From positions 9,870-73,869 of the forward strand of contig CAZBHK010000001.1 of NCBI GenBank assembly GCA_964491895.1: a DNA stretch of 64,000 bases, in the 5' to 3' direction. A program made the translations under genes and the position numbers. Shown in pieces: positions 37,961 through 47,763 of this stretch (position 1 is the stretch's first letter; each line of letters begins with the position of its first letter). A model generated the notes under the pieces. The model worked only from the letters and a program-made list of their open reading frames with translations, was not told the DNA's origin and searched no databases. Origin of the DNA: an uncultured Pseudomonadota bacterium. Its GTDB lineage: Bacteria > Babelota > Babeliae > Babelales > UBA12411.

Positions 37961-38035
37961 GCCGAGGTAGCTCAGTGGTAGAGCAACAGACTGAAAATCT
38001 GTGTGTCGCTGGTTCGATTCCGGCTCTCGGCACCA
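37961..38035 (+). tRNA. tRNA-Phe (anticodon GAA)
   Basis: Acceptor GCCGAGG/TCTCGGC, D arm GCTC-AGTGGTA-GAGC, anticodon arm ACAGA-CTGAAAA-TCTGT, T arm GCTGG-TTCGATT-CCGGC, encoded CCA. TTGACA lies 35 nt upstream. Confidence 0.92.
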
Positions 38036-38102
38036 ATCTTATTTATTCCCTTAATGCATTTTTTTTATTAAAATTAGAGTAGATATAACGTTAGGGGATA
38101 TT

Positions 38103-39410
38103 ATGTTTAATTTTTTATCTAATAAATTTTCAGGAATTTTGAGTTGGGTTAAGGACAAAGGACGCCTTAGCGAAGAGAATATTTTTGATGCTGAGACTCA
38201 GGTAAGGGACGCTTTATTAGAGGCAGATGTTCCATATCATGTGGTTGATGAGTTCGTTAATAAGATTAAGGAAGAAGTTATAGGTCAAAAAATAACTTCT
38301 AAGGTTAATCCTGGTCAATTATTAATCAAGATAGTATATGATCAATTATTGTCTTTTTTAGGTGGGAAAGATAGTAATAAGATTACATTTCAGATTCCAT
38401 CGGTTATTATGATGATGGGACTTCAAGGATCAGGGAAGACAACAACTATTTCCAAATTGGCTAATTGGTTATTATTAGAGTCTCAAAAACGTGGTAAAGC
38501 TAGAAAGATTTTATTGGCGTCGGTTGATTTTTATAGACCCGCAGCTATAGATCAGTTAGAGCTCTTAGCAAAGCAAATAAATGTAGATTTCTATAGAGCT
38601 AAACATACAGATGTTGTTAAGGCAACTAGAGAGATAAGAGAAGCTTATAAGGATAAGGGCTATGAATATTTATTTTTAGATACTTCTGGTAGGTTACATG
38701 TCGATAATGAGATGATGGGAGAGCTTAGAGAGATTGATCTTATTATGTCACCTAAGTATAAGATCTTGATCTTGGATTCTATGACGGGACAGGAATCTTT
38801 GAAAATAGCCCAGGCTTTCGAACAAGATATTGGTTTTTCTGGAGTTATTTTGACTAAGATGGATAGTGATACTAGGGGTGGCGCAGCTTTTTCGTTTAAG
38901 TATTCCTTAAAAAAGCCAATTTATTTTGTAGGTTCTGGTGAGAAGGTTAATGACCTTGAGCTTTTTATTCCTGAGCGTATGGCATCTAGAATATTAGGTA
39001 TGGGAGATATTTTGACTCTTATTGAGAAGGCAGACCTTCAGGGGAATGGGTTGCAGGATGATGTTGCATATAAGATGATGAGTGGTGGATTTAACCTTGA
39101 AGACTTTTTAAAACAGTTAGATATAATAAGTAAGATGGGTTCCATGCAAAAGTTGGTAAGGTATTTACCAGGGATGCCTAATATAACACCAGAGGCTATA
39201 GAAGCTGGTGAGCAGGAGGTTAAGAGGTTTAGAGCCATTATTTCCTCTATGACTGTAAAGGAGCGAAGGTTTCCTCAGTTATTGGATGCTTCAAGAAAGC
39301 TTAGAATTGCTAGGGGTTCTGGTACAAATGTGCAAGAAATCAATAAATTGCTGCAGAGATTGCAGCAAAGCAAGCAATTTGCTAAAATGTTTAAAAAAAT
39401 TGGAAGATAA
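38103..39410 (+). CDS. ffh: signal recognition particle protein Ffh
   Basis: 435 aa. GLQGSGKTTTISKLA, DTSGR, TKMDSDTRGGAA and a Met-rich M domain (MGSMQKLVRYLPGMP). Confidence 0.95.
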   Translation: MFNFLSNKFSGILSWVKDKGRLSEENIFDAETQVRDALLEADVPYHVVDEFVNKIKEEVIGQKITSKVNPGQLLIKIVYDQLLSFLGGKDSNKITFQIPSVIMMMGLQGSGKTTTISKLANWLLLESQKRGKARKILLASVDFYRPAAIDQLELLAKQINVDFYRAKHTDVVKATREIREAYKDKGYEYLFLDTSGRLHVDNEMMGELREIDLIMSPKYKILILDSMTGQESLKIAQAFEQDIGFSGVILTKMDSDTRGGAAFSFKYSLKKPIYFVGSGEKVNDLELFIPERMASRILGMGDILTLIEKADLQGNGLQDDVAYKMMSGGFNLEDFLKQLDIISKMGSMQKLVRYLPGMPNITPEAIEAGEQEVKRFRAIISSMTVKERRFPQLLDASRKLRIARGSGTNVQEINKLLQRLQQSKQFAKMFKKIGR

Positions 39411-39437
39411 ATTATTGTTTCAACCGTGGGATGTATT

Positions 39438-39683
39438 ATGGTAAGAATTCGTTTAAGTCGTATTGGAAAAGTAAATAGGCCTTATTGGCGTATAGTAGTT
39501 ATTGATTCTCGTGATAAGAGAGATGGTGCCTTTATTGATAATTTAGGTTCTTATGATCCAATTAGGAAACAGATTCTAAATATTAATTTAGAAGGTATTA
39601 ATGGTTGGGTTGCTAAGGGTGCTCAGTGCAGTGACTCTGTTAAAAGATTGATTAAGCAGCATAAAAAAGGCGTTCAAGCCTAG
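39438..39683 (+). CDS. rpsP: 30S ribosomal protein S16
   Basis: MVRIRLSRIGKVNRPYWRIVVIDSRDKRDGAFIDNLGSYDP. The internal ATG at 39438 is preferred over the listed GTG at 39426. Confidence 0.92.
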   Translation: MVRIRLSRIGKVNRPYWRIVVIDSRDKRDGAFIDNLGSYDPIRKQILNINLEGINGWVAKGAQCSDSVKRLIKQHKKGVQA

Positions 39684-39695
39684 GTAAAGGATAAG

Positions 39696-39929
39696 ATGTT
39701 AATTAGGCTTGTAGAGCATGTTGTTAAAAGGTTGGTCGATAAGCCTGAAAATGTTATTGTCCAAGAGACAATGGCAAGTCAGACCATTATTATAAAGCTT
39801 AAGGTCGACTCTGAAGATTTGGGGAAGGTTATAGGGAAAGAGGGGCGCATGGCAAGGGCTATACGTACCTTAGTTCATGCTGCAGCGCTTAAAGATGGTA
39901 AGCGTGCGGTTCTTGAGATATTGGATTAA
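39696..39929 (+). CDS. KH-domain RNA-binding protein (YlqC/UPF0109 family)
   Basis: 77 aa. LVDKPENVIV...DLGKVIGKEGRMARAIRTLV, in the conserved position after rpsP. Confidence 0.85.
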   Translation: MLIRLVEHVVKRLVDKPENVIVQETMASQTIIIKLKVDSEDLGKVIGKEGRMARAIRTLVHAAALKDGKRAVLEILD

Positions 39930-39937
39930 ATTTTTTC

Positions 39938-41281
39938 GTGAAAATTTCAATTCTGACCATTTTCCCTGAGTTATATGATGCATTTTTAAAAACAAGTATT
40001 ATAGCAAGAGCTCAGGAAAAAGGTCTTTTGCAGTTTAATATTATACGATTTTCTGATCTATGTGAGCCCAAGGTCCGTATAGATGAGCCTACTGTTGGTC
40101 CTGGCGTTGGCATGATTTTGACACCTAGTGTTGTTGAATCAGCTATTGAGATTGCTGAGGCTAAGTGGGGCAAGGGCTATAAAATATTTTTTTCTCCTAG
40201 AGGTACGCCTCTTAAGCAATCAACTTTGAAAACTGTTTATTCTAAAATTGAACCTAATAATAACGATAGTATGCACTTAATATTGATATGTTGTCGATAT
40301 GAGGGTTTGGATGAACGTGTTTTAGAAACTTATGCTGATAAGGTAATATCTATAGGTGATTATGTTCTTATGGGTGGTGATTTACCTGCACAGGTATTAC
40401 TTGAAGGTTTATTAAGATTACTTCCTGGTGTTGTTGGTAAAAAGGAGTCGGTTGAAAAGGAGTCTTTTGAGGGTCCCTTTTTGGACTATCCACAATATGG
40501 GCTTCCGGTTGAATGGAATAAACAAGTTATTCCAGAGGTATTACGTTCTGGTAATCATGCCATTATAGAACAATGGAGAAAAGAGAAGTCTATAAAGAAA
40601 ACAGTTTTAGAAAGATTTGATTGGCTTAGAAAGAATAAGCTTTCTAAGAACGATAAGGACCTTGTAAGAAGTTTTATACCAAAGCATTATGTAGCGTTGA
40701 TGCATAATGATGTAATATTAAAGGCTTTTAATAAGGTTGGTAATACATCTATTACTTCTATAGATATTCATGATATTTCTAGGTCTAGTGCTACCTATGG
40801 TATAGAAAATGTCTTTTTGGTTAGTGCTCTTAAGGATCAGCATGCAATACTTGAGAAGTTTTTAGATTTTTGGATGTCCTCAGAGGGTAAGAAATATAAT
40901 ACTACTCGTTTTGAGGCTATTAAGAAGGTGGTACCAGCTTTTGATTTTGATCAGGTTGTAGAAGTTATTTATAATAAAGAAGGTAAAAAACCTATTATAA
41001 TTGCAACTTCAGCCAAGATACAAAGTGAAGTAAAGTCATTAGACTATTATAGTCAAGAAGTTATTTGGAAACAGGATCGGCCTGTTTTGTTTGTTTTTGG
41101 TACGGGCCAGGGACTTTCAAGTGAATTTTTACAAAAATGTGACTATTTATTCGGACCTATTAACGGATTGATTGATTATAATCATTTATCGGTTAGGTCT
41201 GCGGTTTCTATAGTCTTAGATAGGTGGTTGGGATTAAATCCAGATTTTGATATAGTTAAATCCTTTGATATATTAGAATAA
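39938..41281 (+). CDS. trmD: tRNA (guanine37-N1)-methyltransferase TrmD fused to a second SPOUT-like RNA methyltransferase domain
   Basis: Residues 1 to about 245 are TrmD (ILTIFPELY..., CCRYEGLDERV, IGDYVLMGGDLPAQVL, LRSGNHAIIEQWR). Residues about 250-447 (VALMHNDV...TSIDIHDISRSSATYG...LFVFGTGQGL...YNHLSVRSAVSIVLDRW) resemble the stand-alone TM1570-type predicted methyltransferase. Confidence 0.8.
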   Translation: MKISILTIFPELYDAFLKTSIIARAQEKGLLQFNIIRFSDLCEPKVRIDEPTVGPGVGMILTPSVVESAIEIAEAKWGKGYKIFFSPRGTPLKQSTLKTVYSKIEPNNNDSMHLILICCRYEGLDERVLETYADKVISIGDYVLMGGDLPAQVLLEGLLRLLPGVVGKKESVEKESFEGPFLDYPQYGLPVEWNKQVIPEVLRSGNHAIIEQWRKEKSIKKTVLERFDWLRKNKLSKNDKDLVRSFIPKHYVALMHNDVILKAFNKVGNTSITSIDIHDISRSSATYGIENVFLVSALKDQHAILEKFLDFWMSSEGKKYNTTRFEAIKKVVPAFDFDQVVEVIYNKEGKKPIIIATSAKIQSEVKSLDYYSQEVIWKQDRPVLFVFGTGQGLSSEFLQKCDYLFGPINGLIDYNHLSVRSAVSIVLDRWLGLNPDFDIVKSFDILE

Positions 41282-41331
41282 TAAGGGTATTATAAAGGTA
41301 AAATTAGCTTTTAATGCACAGAGGAAGATAC

Positions 41332-41748
41332 ATGAAAGCAGGAACACTTACACGTGAAACTATAATGGAATTGAACACAGAGGGTGTTAAATATCCAGAG
41401 TTTAGAATTGGTGATACTATCGAGGTCGGTTTGGTTATTCAGGAAGCTGGTAAGAAGGACCGTATCCAAAAGTTTGAAGGTGATGTTATTGCTTTCCATA
41501 ATAATGGAGTAGCAACAACGTTTACTGTTCGTAGAATAAGTGCAAATAATGTTGGCGTTGAGAAGATTTTTCCATACTATTCTCCTACTATAAGTAGTAT
41601 AAAAGTTATGAAACGTGGAATAGTTAGACGCGCTAAACTACACTATATTCGAGATCTTGTTGGAAAAGCATCAAGGATTAAAGAAAGAGTTTTAACCAAA
41701 GAGCAAAAAGCTGCATTTAAAGAAGCAGAACCACAACTAGAACAATAG
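41332..41748 (+). CDS. rplS: 50S ribosomal protein L19
   Basis: YPEFRIGDTIEVGLVIQEAGKKDRIQKFEGDVIAFHNNGVATTFTVRRIS..GVEKIFPYYSP. ATG at 41332 is preferred (GAGGA 7 nt upstream). Confidence 0.92.
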   Translation: MKAGTLTRETIMELNTEGVKYPEFRIGDTIEVGLVIQEAGKKDRIQKFEGDVIAFHNNGVATTFTVRRISANNVGVEKIFPYYSPTISSIKVMKRGIVRRAKLHYIRDLVGKASRIKERVLTKEQKAAFKEAEPQLEQ

Positions 41749-41779
41749 TTTTTTGTTAACTGGGAGAGTGCAATAATAC

Positions 41780-42253
41780 ATGTCCAAAAGTATTATTAAC
41801 TTTTTTTTTATAATTATATGTTTTACAACTTTGACGTCCTGTTCTAAAAAAAATAACACAAGAATCGAGCCGTCTGTGCAAGTACTTGATAGTTTGCGAT
41901 TATATGAAGCAAAGCAGGTTGATGTACCAACACCAGTAGGCTATCTTCTTGTGAATTCAAAAACAGAACCATTGACTAATGAGGATTTATCTTCGCTATG
42001 TTATTTAGGTGGTTTGTCTATAAAAGAAGCAACAGATTTTTATTATAAAAATATGGAACTCCTTGGTTGGGGGATTCATGATTTCTCTAATAAGAATGAA
42101 GGTCTTTTATTTTGTAAAAAAGGTAGAAGAACATGTGCTATTTCAATACGCTCAGATGTAAAAGAAGAGAAAAGTAAAATTCATATATTCATGCACAATA
42201 ATAATATTAATAATTCTAAAGATATTAATTCTAAAAAATTAATGTTTAATTAA
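41780..42253 (+). CDS. hypothetical lipoprotein
   Basis: 157 aa. The signal plus lipobox-like LTSC (FFFIIICFTTLTSCSKK) suggests a lipoprotein. Confidence 0.5.
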   Translation: MSKSIINFFFIIICFTTLTSCSKKNNTRIEPSVQVLDSLRLYEAKQVDVPTPVGYLLVNSKTEPLTNEDLSSLCYLGGLSIKEATDFYYKNMELLGWGIHDFSNKNEGLLFCKKGRRTCAISIRSDVKEEKSKIHIFMHNNNINNSKDINSKKLMFN

Positions 42254-42265
42254 AATGGGGTATTT

Positions 42266-42448
42266 ATGTATACGATGTTGAAAGGGTTGGCTTTATTTCT
42301 TTCAATTATTATTTTTATGCCATTAGTTTTTTTTCTATTGGTGGGTGGGATTGGACGTTCCTTTTCATTGACTGTAGATAGGACATCTTGGCTGGCAAGA
42401 ACGAATATTAAGTGGATCAGATCCATAGCAAATAGATTTTTTATATAG
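42266..42448 (+). CDS. hypothetical small membrane protein
   Basis: 60 aa with one clear TM (LALFLSIIIFMPLVFFLLVGGI). Coding status is uncertain. Confidence 0.35.
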   Translation: MYTMLKGLALFLSIIIFMPLVFFLLVGGIGRSFSLTVDRTSWLARTNIKWIRSIANRFFI

Positions 42449-42526
42449 TAAGAGCTTTCAAGAGCTTAAGATAAGTACAACAAATATAGAGTAGACTCTA
42501 TTGGTTAATTCAGAATAGGATTTTTT

Positions 42527-43258
42527 ATGAAAATAAAAATCATAGCATCAATGTTATGTTCATTAATATTTTTAACTAATGTTATATCATGGCCCATGGC
42601 GCCTATTGCCTCAATAAAATCAGCTGATGCTTTGGATCATTGGTTATTAGAGGCAGCACAAAACGTAGGTTATTTATCACACCAGTTACCTGAAACATTT
42701 TTAAAAGATGTGCCGGGATTTTCTATAGAAGAATTTAATGCATTTTTTAAAGAGGTTGTTGCTGGTCGCAAGATGAAGAATGAATTTATGACTAGTGAAA
42801 CATTTTTTCAAGCATTGCTTGATAGTTCTATGCAACTTTCTCGCATCGATATGGCAATAAGAATAGGTAGCGGGGAAGTTAGTACATATAGACCATTGTT
42901 AACAGTTAGGGCGAAAGGTTATGCAAATCATTTTTATCAAATGGCAGCGGTTATTTTATTAAATATGGCTCCATATGTTAGTCCTAAAATAAGAGATACT
43001 GTGGAATTAATTGCATTACAAAAAATGAAAGAGCAACCTTCATGGCAAGGGCTTAAGGATATGCTTGAACTGTTAGATAGAATTTTTATAGAGTCTAAAA
43101 TATTTCAAAAGAACATGATTCAAGAATTAGAGTCGAGAGAACGTACTATTATACAATCAGGAGCTTCTAGAAATAATGCACTAATTGCTGGAGGAGTTGC
43201 TGCTTGCACTGCTATTGCAGCATGTTTAATTGCATTAAAATATATTAGAAGAATATAA
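42527..43258 (+). CDS. hypothetical protein with N-terminal signal and C-terminal TM anchor
   Basis: 243 aa with an N-terminal hydrophobic segment and C-terminal ALIAGGVAACTAIAACLIAL. No motif recognised. Confidence 0.5.
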   Translation: MKIKIIASMLCSLIFLTNVISWPMAPIASIKSADALDHWLLEAAQNVGYLSHQLPETFLKDVPGFSIEEFNAFFKEVVAGRKMKNEFMTSETFFQALLDSSMQLSRIDMAIRIGSGEVSTYRPLLTVRAKGYANHFYQMAAVILLNMAPYVSPKIRDTVELIALQKMKEQPSWQGLKDMLELLDRIFIESKIFQKNMIQELESRERTIIQSGASRNNALIAGGVAACTAIAACLIALKYIRRI

Positions 43259-43259
43259 A

Positions 43260-44636
43260 TTATTGAGGAGAGGCCACTAAGGCTTCTCCTACTTCATTAA
43301 TTTTACCAGCGCCTATAGTTATAAATAGATCACCTTCTTGTAGTGATTTTTTTAATTCTTCTGTGATTTCATTAAATGTTGCGCAATAATAAATTATCTT
43401 ATTTGGATTTTTTTCTTTAATAGCCTTAATTAAATTTTCACTTGTTATACCAGGGATTGGAATCTCACTTGCTGGATAAATATCTGCTAAGTAGATAATA
43501 TCAGGTGAAGCCGTTGCTAATAAAGATACAAACTCATCCCATAATTTTTGTGTACGTGTGAATCTATGAGGTTGGAAAGCGGCAATAAGTCTTTTTTTAG
43601 CTCTTTTTTTTGCTACTAATAGTGTATTTTCTAATTCTACAGGATGATGCCCATAGTCATCGAAAATGTCTGCACCATTAAAATTTCCTTTAAATTCAAA
43701 TCTACGTTCTACACCTTTGAATGTAAATAAGGCTTTTTGGATATCCTCAAAAGGAACAGAAAGCTCTAGACACACAGCTATTGCTGCTAATGAATTTAGG
43801 ATATTATGTTTACCAGGGATGTTCAAAGTTATTTCACCAATTAGATTTTTAGAATAAACGTTAAAGATTGAATATGTTGATTCTAAAGAAATAATTTCAC
43901 CACGAATATCTGTATCTGAGCTAAGTCCATATTTAATAATAGGGATGTGTGTAATAGGCATTATTGATTGGATCCCAGGATCATCAATACAAACAAAGCC
44001 TTTGCCATAAAATGGAAGCCTTGCTAAGAAATCTCTAAATGTTTGTTTGATATCGTCTATGTCTTTATAGGTATCTAGGTGATCGGCATCAATGTTGGTT
44101 ACTACTGCTAAGCTAGGGTTGAGATATAAAAGTGAGCGGTCACTTTCATCAGCTTCTGCAATAATTAAATTTCCATTACCAAATTTTGCATTATTACTAA
44201 AATTTTTAAGAATTCCACCTACAATAACAGAAGGGTCTTTACCTGATTCTATAAGGATATGTGAAATAATTGAAGTAGTTGTTGTTTTGCCATGAGTCCC
44301 TGAGATTGCAACACTGTGCTTAGTTCTCATTATTTCAGCTAACATAATCGCTCTAGGGATTACAGGAATTCCTTTGTTTAAGGCACAAGCTACTTCAGGA
44401 TTTTCTTTATTTAATGCTGAGGAATATATGAGAACATCTACATCATGAATATGATCTTTATTGTGGCCTTGGTATACATTGCAGCCTATTTCTTTTAGAT
44501 GATCTATTGTTTTAGAATGTGTACATAGATCACATCCCGATACAATATAACCTTGGTGTTTTAGTATTTCTGCGATACCGCTCATTCCTATTCCACCGAT
44601 ACCGATGAAGTGTAGATGTTTTTTCTTGTTGTACAT
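43260..44636 (-). CDS. murC: UDP-N-acetylmuramate--L-alanine ligase
   Basis: HFIGIGGIGMSGIAEIL, AISGTHGKTTTTS and DDYGHHP are MurC blocks. 458 aa. Confidence 0.94.
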   Translation of the reverse strand: MYNKKKHLHFIGIGGIGMSGIAEILKHQGYIVSGCDLCTHSKTIDHLKEIGCNVYQGHNKDHIHDVDVLIYSSALNKENPEVACALNKGIPVIPRAIMLAEIMRTKHSVAISGTHGKTTTTSIISHILIESGKDPSVIVGGILKNFSNNAKFGNGNLIIAEADESDRSLLYLNPSLAVVTNIDADHLDTYKDIDDIKQTFRDFLARLPFYGKGFVCIDDPGIQSIMPITHIPIIKYGLSSDTDIRGEIISLESTYSIFNVYSKNLIGEITLNIPGKHNILNSLAAIAVCLELSVPFEDIQKALFTFKGVERRFEFKGNFNGADIFDDYGHHPVELENTLLVAKKRAKKRLIAAFQPHRFTRTQKLWDEFVSLLATASPDIIYLADIYPASEIPIPGITSENLIKAIKEKNPNKIIYYCATFNEITEELKKSLQEGDLFITIGAGKINEVGEALVASPQ

Positions 44637-45796
44637 TATTTAGTTTCCCAGTATTTGACTAAGCGAGAAAGTGCTTCTTGTAAAATATCTCTATTTCTTG
44701 CAAAACATAGTCGTATATAATTTTTTGAGCTTGGACCAAATGTTCCTCCAGGAACGGTTGATACACCAGCTTCTTTAATAATATCTAAACAGAGCTTAGT
44801 TGTATCTTCTTCTTTCGTTTGTACGAAAGTATAGAATCCTGCAATTGGATTTTGGAAGTCGATAATACCAGCTTTTTTTAGCGGAGTTAACATTTTGACG
44901 GTAAGATCTCTGTTTTTTTTCACATACTGATGAAATTGATCTGTAAGATGTGGATTATTTAATGCAGCTAATGCAGCATACTGCCCGATTACAGAAGAAC
45001 ATATAAATATAGAGTCTTGCATTACATAAGCCATAGGAGCTAGTGACTCTGGTACAACCATGTATCCAATTCTCCAGCCACTTAAACCAAAGTTTTTTGA
45101 GAATGATGAGACTTTTATTACATGTTGAGAAGCCTTAGTAAATGGTGTTACTGAGAAGAACTCTCCTTCAAATATATAATCTGAATAAACTTCATCTACA
45201 ATTAAATAAATACCTTTTTCTTCACACCATGATATTAAATCCAAGATATCATTTTTTGCAGAGAGGGTGCTTGTTGGGTTGGATGGGTTAGAAAAAATAA
45301 TCATCTTTGTTTTATTTGTAGTTGCTGCTTTAATTTCTTCTATGGGAAGATTCCATGAGATTTTATCATTTTCTTTTTTTAATGATGAGACATATATAGG
45401 TTTAGCTCTAGCGATTCTTGCTAAGTTTATGTATGACGGATATGCAGGTTCTGGAAGGATAACTTCATCTTTATCTGTTAATAATAAAAGCATTAGAGCT
45501 GTTAAGGCTCCATTGCATCCATGAGTAATAATAATTTGTTTGGTTGTAATGTTTACATTGTGTTTAGCTGTCAATGTTTCGGCTAACTTTTCTCTAAGTT
45601 CTAATAATCCTGAGCCATGACCATAGTAATCGGCTTTGTTACTTGTAACAATTTTTTTTACATAATCTTTGATTTCTTTTATTGGAGCATCAACTTTTAG
45701 ACCACCTTGAGATAAAGAAATAATATTCGGATTATTACGAGCGAATTCTTCCATTTGTTTTATTGCGGAAAGTTTTATATCTATCATATTTTTCAA
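44636..45796 (-). CDS. class I/II pyridoxal-phosphate aminotransferase
   Basis: 386 aa. NPSNPT and SSFSKNFGLSGWRIGY (PLP-Lys) are present. Substrate cannot be determined by eye. Confidence 0.8.
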   Translation of the reverse strand: MKNMIDIKLSAIKQMEEFARNNPNIISLSQGGLKVDAPIKEIKDYVKKIVTSNKADYYGHGSGLLELREKLAETLTAKHNVNITTKQIIITHGCNGALTALMLLLLTDKDEVILPEPAYPSYINLARIARAKPIYVSSLKKENDKISWNLPIEEIKAATTNKTKMIIFSNPSNPTSTLSAKNDILDLISWCEEKGIYLIVDEVYSDYIFEGEFFSVTPFTKASQHVIKVSSFSKNFGLSGWRIGYMVVPESLAPMAYVMQDSIFICSSVIGQYAALAALNNPHLTDQFHQYVKKNRDLTVKMLTPLKKAGIIDFQNPIAGFYTFVQTKEEDTTKLCLDIIKEAGVSTVPGGTFGPSSKNYIRLCFARNRDILQEALSRLVKYWETK

Positions 45797-45809
45797 TCGG
45801 TTAACAATG

Positions 45810-46400
45810 TTAACGAAAAGTTGGAGTGTTTAAAATTATTACAATTTCCTTATACGTAAGGAGTAAGGTTGTAAAAAAAGATATTAATATTAATACACGA
45901 CATGTTAAGTTTAGAATAATATTTTTTTTATATGTATTACTACAAAAAAATGAATTAAAGAATGTAGCAATTCCACATACTACTATAACTATCCAAAGTG
46001 GCCAAGGTGTTTGCAAAATAAGATAGAGGAGATGTGTTACACTTGTTTTTATATAAGGTGTGCCAGATATTGCAAGCGTGAACATATTTATGGTTAATGC
46101 TATTAACCATGTGAATAGCTCAGGATATTTAATTTTTTTATTAAATAAAAATTTAAAAGTTTTTGTTATAAGGACTTTGCCTCTAGATATAGGCATACAT
46201 AATACAAAAAATGACCATGTTAATAATGAAAGATGTATTGCTACTAATGGATTGTAATTATTAAAAATTGGTTTGATTAATAAAATAAATAGTATTAGAA
46301 ATATAGAGAATTTTATTAATGGAAATTGTTCTGGATCTGTATATATTTGTTCTAGTTTTTTTTCTATATCATTACTCATAAATGTCCCCTTATTTTTCAA
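45810..46400 (-). CDS. hypothetical polytopic membrane protein
   Basis: 196 aa with 5-6 hydrophobic segments. No motif recognised. Confidence 0.5.
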   Translation of the reverse strand: MKNKGTFMSNDIEKKLEQIYTDPEQFPLIKFSIFLILFILLIKPIFNNYNPLVAIHLSLLTWSFFVLCMPISRGKVLITKTFKFLFNKKIKYPELFTWLIALTINMFTLAISGTPYIKTSVTHLLYLILQTPWPLWIVIVVCGIATFFNSFFCSNTYKKNIILNLTCRVLILISFFTTLLLTYKEIVIILNTPTFR

Positions 46401-46410
46401 AAAGAACTTT

Positions 46411-46486
46411 TGGTGGAGCTAACCGGGGTCGAACCGGTGACCTTTCGAATGCCATCCGAACGCTCTACCAGCTGAGCTATAGCCCC
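46411..46486 (-). tRNA. tRNA-Ala (anticodon GGC)
   Basis: The reverse complement folds as GGGGCTA-TA-GCTC-AGCTGGTA-GAGC-G-TTCGG-ATGGCAT-TCGAA-AGGTC-ACCGG-TTCGACC-CCGGT-TAGCTCC-A-CCA. The G3:U70 Ala identity pair is present. Confidence 0.92.
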
Positions 46487-46499
46487 ACAGCTATATAAG

Positions 46500-46700
46500 T
46501 CTAGGTGAATTAAGTAAAAAAAACAACTTCGTGAACTACCGACCACCAAGTTTACGCTCTGGTGGCGGCTTCCTGCTTCGCTCCATGGATAACTAGACTA
46601 CTACTAAGAATAGTCCCCGCCATAGCATGGTCCACAGGCTTATATTCGGACCGTCCCGGCCCTATTTGCAATAACGCAACTTTCTTTATATTGATTGCCG
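46500..46700 (-). ncRNA. putative omega (right-end) guide RNA scaffold of TnpB
   Basis: The 3' end of tnpB plus downstream sequence is conspicuously GC-rich with several local stems on the minus strand: GGTCC..GGACC, GGCGG..CCGCC, GACTA..TAGTC, CCACCA..TGGTGG. It ends in a T8 run (forward A8 at 46516-23). Assigned by analogy to characterised TnpB systems. Confidence 0.4.
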
Positions 46701-47763
46701 CATTTATATCCCTATCTATAATAGCACCACAATACTCACATTCGTAAGTACGTGTTGATAAAGATAGTTTTTCCTTGATCTTGCCACATTGGGAACAAGT
46801 CTTAGAGGATGGAAACCAGCGATCAATCATTATCACATTCTTACCTGACCATTGTGATTTATACTGTAGTGTTTTTGTAAAAAAATGCCATCCACAATCA
46901 CCAATAGATTTAGCAAGTTTGTGATTTTTCATCATTCCTTGCACATTTAGATCTTCTATTGCAAAACTAGTATCGTGGTTCTTGTATACTAATTTTGCTG
47001 AGATCTGATGTGCTCTATCTTGACGTTGACTTGTTAGTTTTTCATATATTTTTGCTACCTTTTTTCTAGCTTTAGCTCTGTTAGCTGAACCTTTAATCTT
47101 CTTGAAAAATTTTCTTTGTGCAGATTTCAATCGCTTTTGATTCTTATAAAGATATTTATGGTTTGGTTCTTTATCACCTGAGCTAGTTATTACAAAATCT
47201 TTTATGCCAAGGTCTATACCTAGTGTTTTATCTCCTTCTATAGGAGAAGATACAGGCGTTAACACATTTGTATCTACTAATACACTAATAAAATACTTAT
47301 CTGTCGGAGTTTTACTTACTGTACAAGTTTTAATCTCACCAGAGAATTTTCTATGTAATTCAATTTTAATACGTTTGATTTTAGGAAGGTTAACAAAATT
47401 CTTATCAAGATCTACTTTTACATGCTGTGGGCATTGATATGACTGTCTTCCATTATATTTACTCTTGAATCTTGGAAGCTGAGTCTGTCCTTTGAAGAAG
47501 TTTTTATACGCTGTATCAAAATTGATCAATGAAGCTAGAAGTGACTGACTATTTACCTCTCTCAACCAGCTTATTTTCTTTTTAAGAGTAACTAACTCAT
47601 TTTGAAGGTCTATCCTAGATAAAGTTAAGCCAGTTTCTTTATAATGTAATTGTCTTCTAGTAAGAGCCCAGTTGTATACCCACCTAACACAACCAAAATG
47701 TTCAGCAAAATTTTGTCTCTGAATTGCATTAGGATATATTCTATACTTATATGCCTTAAGCAT
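46552..47763 (-). CDS. tnpB: TnpB (IS200/IS605-family OrfB, RuvC-like RNA-guided endonuclease)
   Basis: 403 aa. MLKAYKYRIYPN...FGCVRWVYNWAL N-terminus; RuvC D (LGIDLGIKDF), E (FAIEDLNVQGM), a Zn ribbon (CSQCG...CEYCG) and D (DRDINAAINI) are all intact. Confidence 0.92.
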   Translation of the reverse strand: MLKAYKYRIYPNAIQRQNFAEHFGCVRWVYNWALTRRQLHYKETGLTLSRIDLQNELVTLKKKISWLREVNSQSLLASLINFDTAYKNFFKGQTQLPRFKSKYNGRQSYQCPQHVKVDLDKNFVNLPKIKRIKIELHRKFSGEIKTCTVSKTPTDKYFISVLVDTNVLTPVSSPIEGDKTLGIDLGIKDFVITSSGDKEPNHKYLYKNQKRLKSAQRKFFKKIKGSANRAKARKKVAKIYEKLTSQRQDRAHQISAKLVYKNHDTSFAIEDLNVQGMMKNHKLAKSIGDCGWHFFTKTLQYKSQWSGKNVIMIDRWFPSSKTCSQCGKIKEKLSLSTRTYECEYCGAIIDRDINAAINIKKVALLQIGPGRSEYKPVDHAMAGTILSSSLVIHGAKQEAATRA

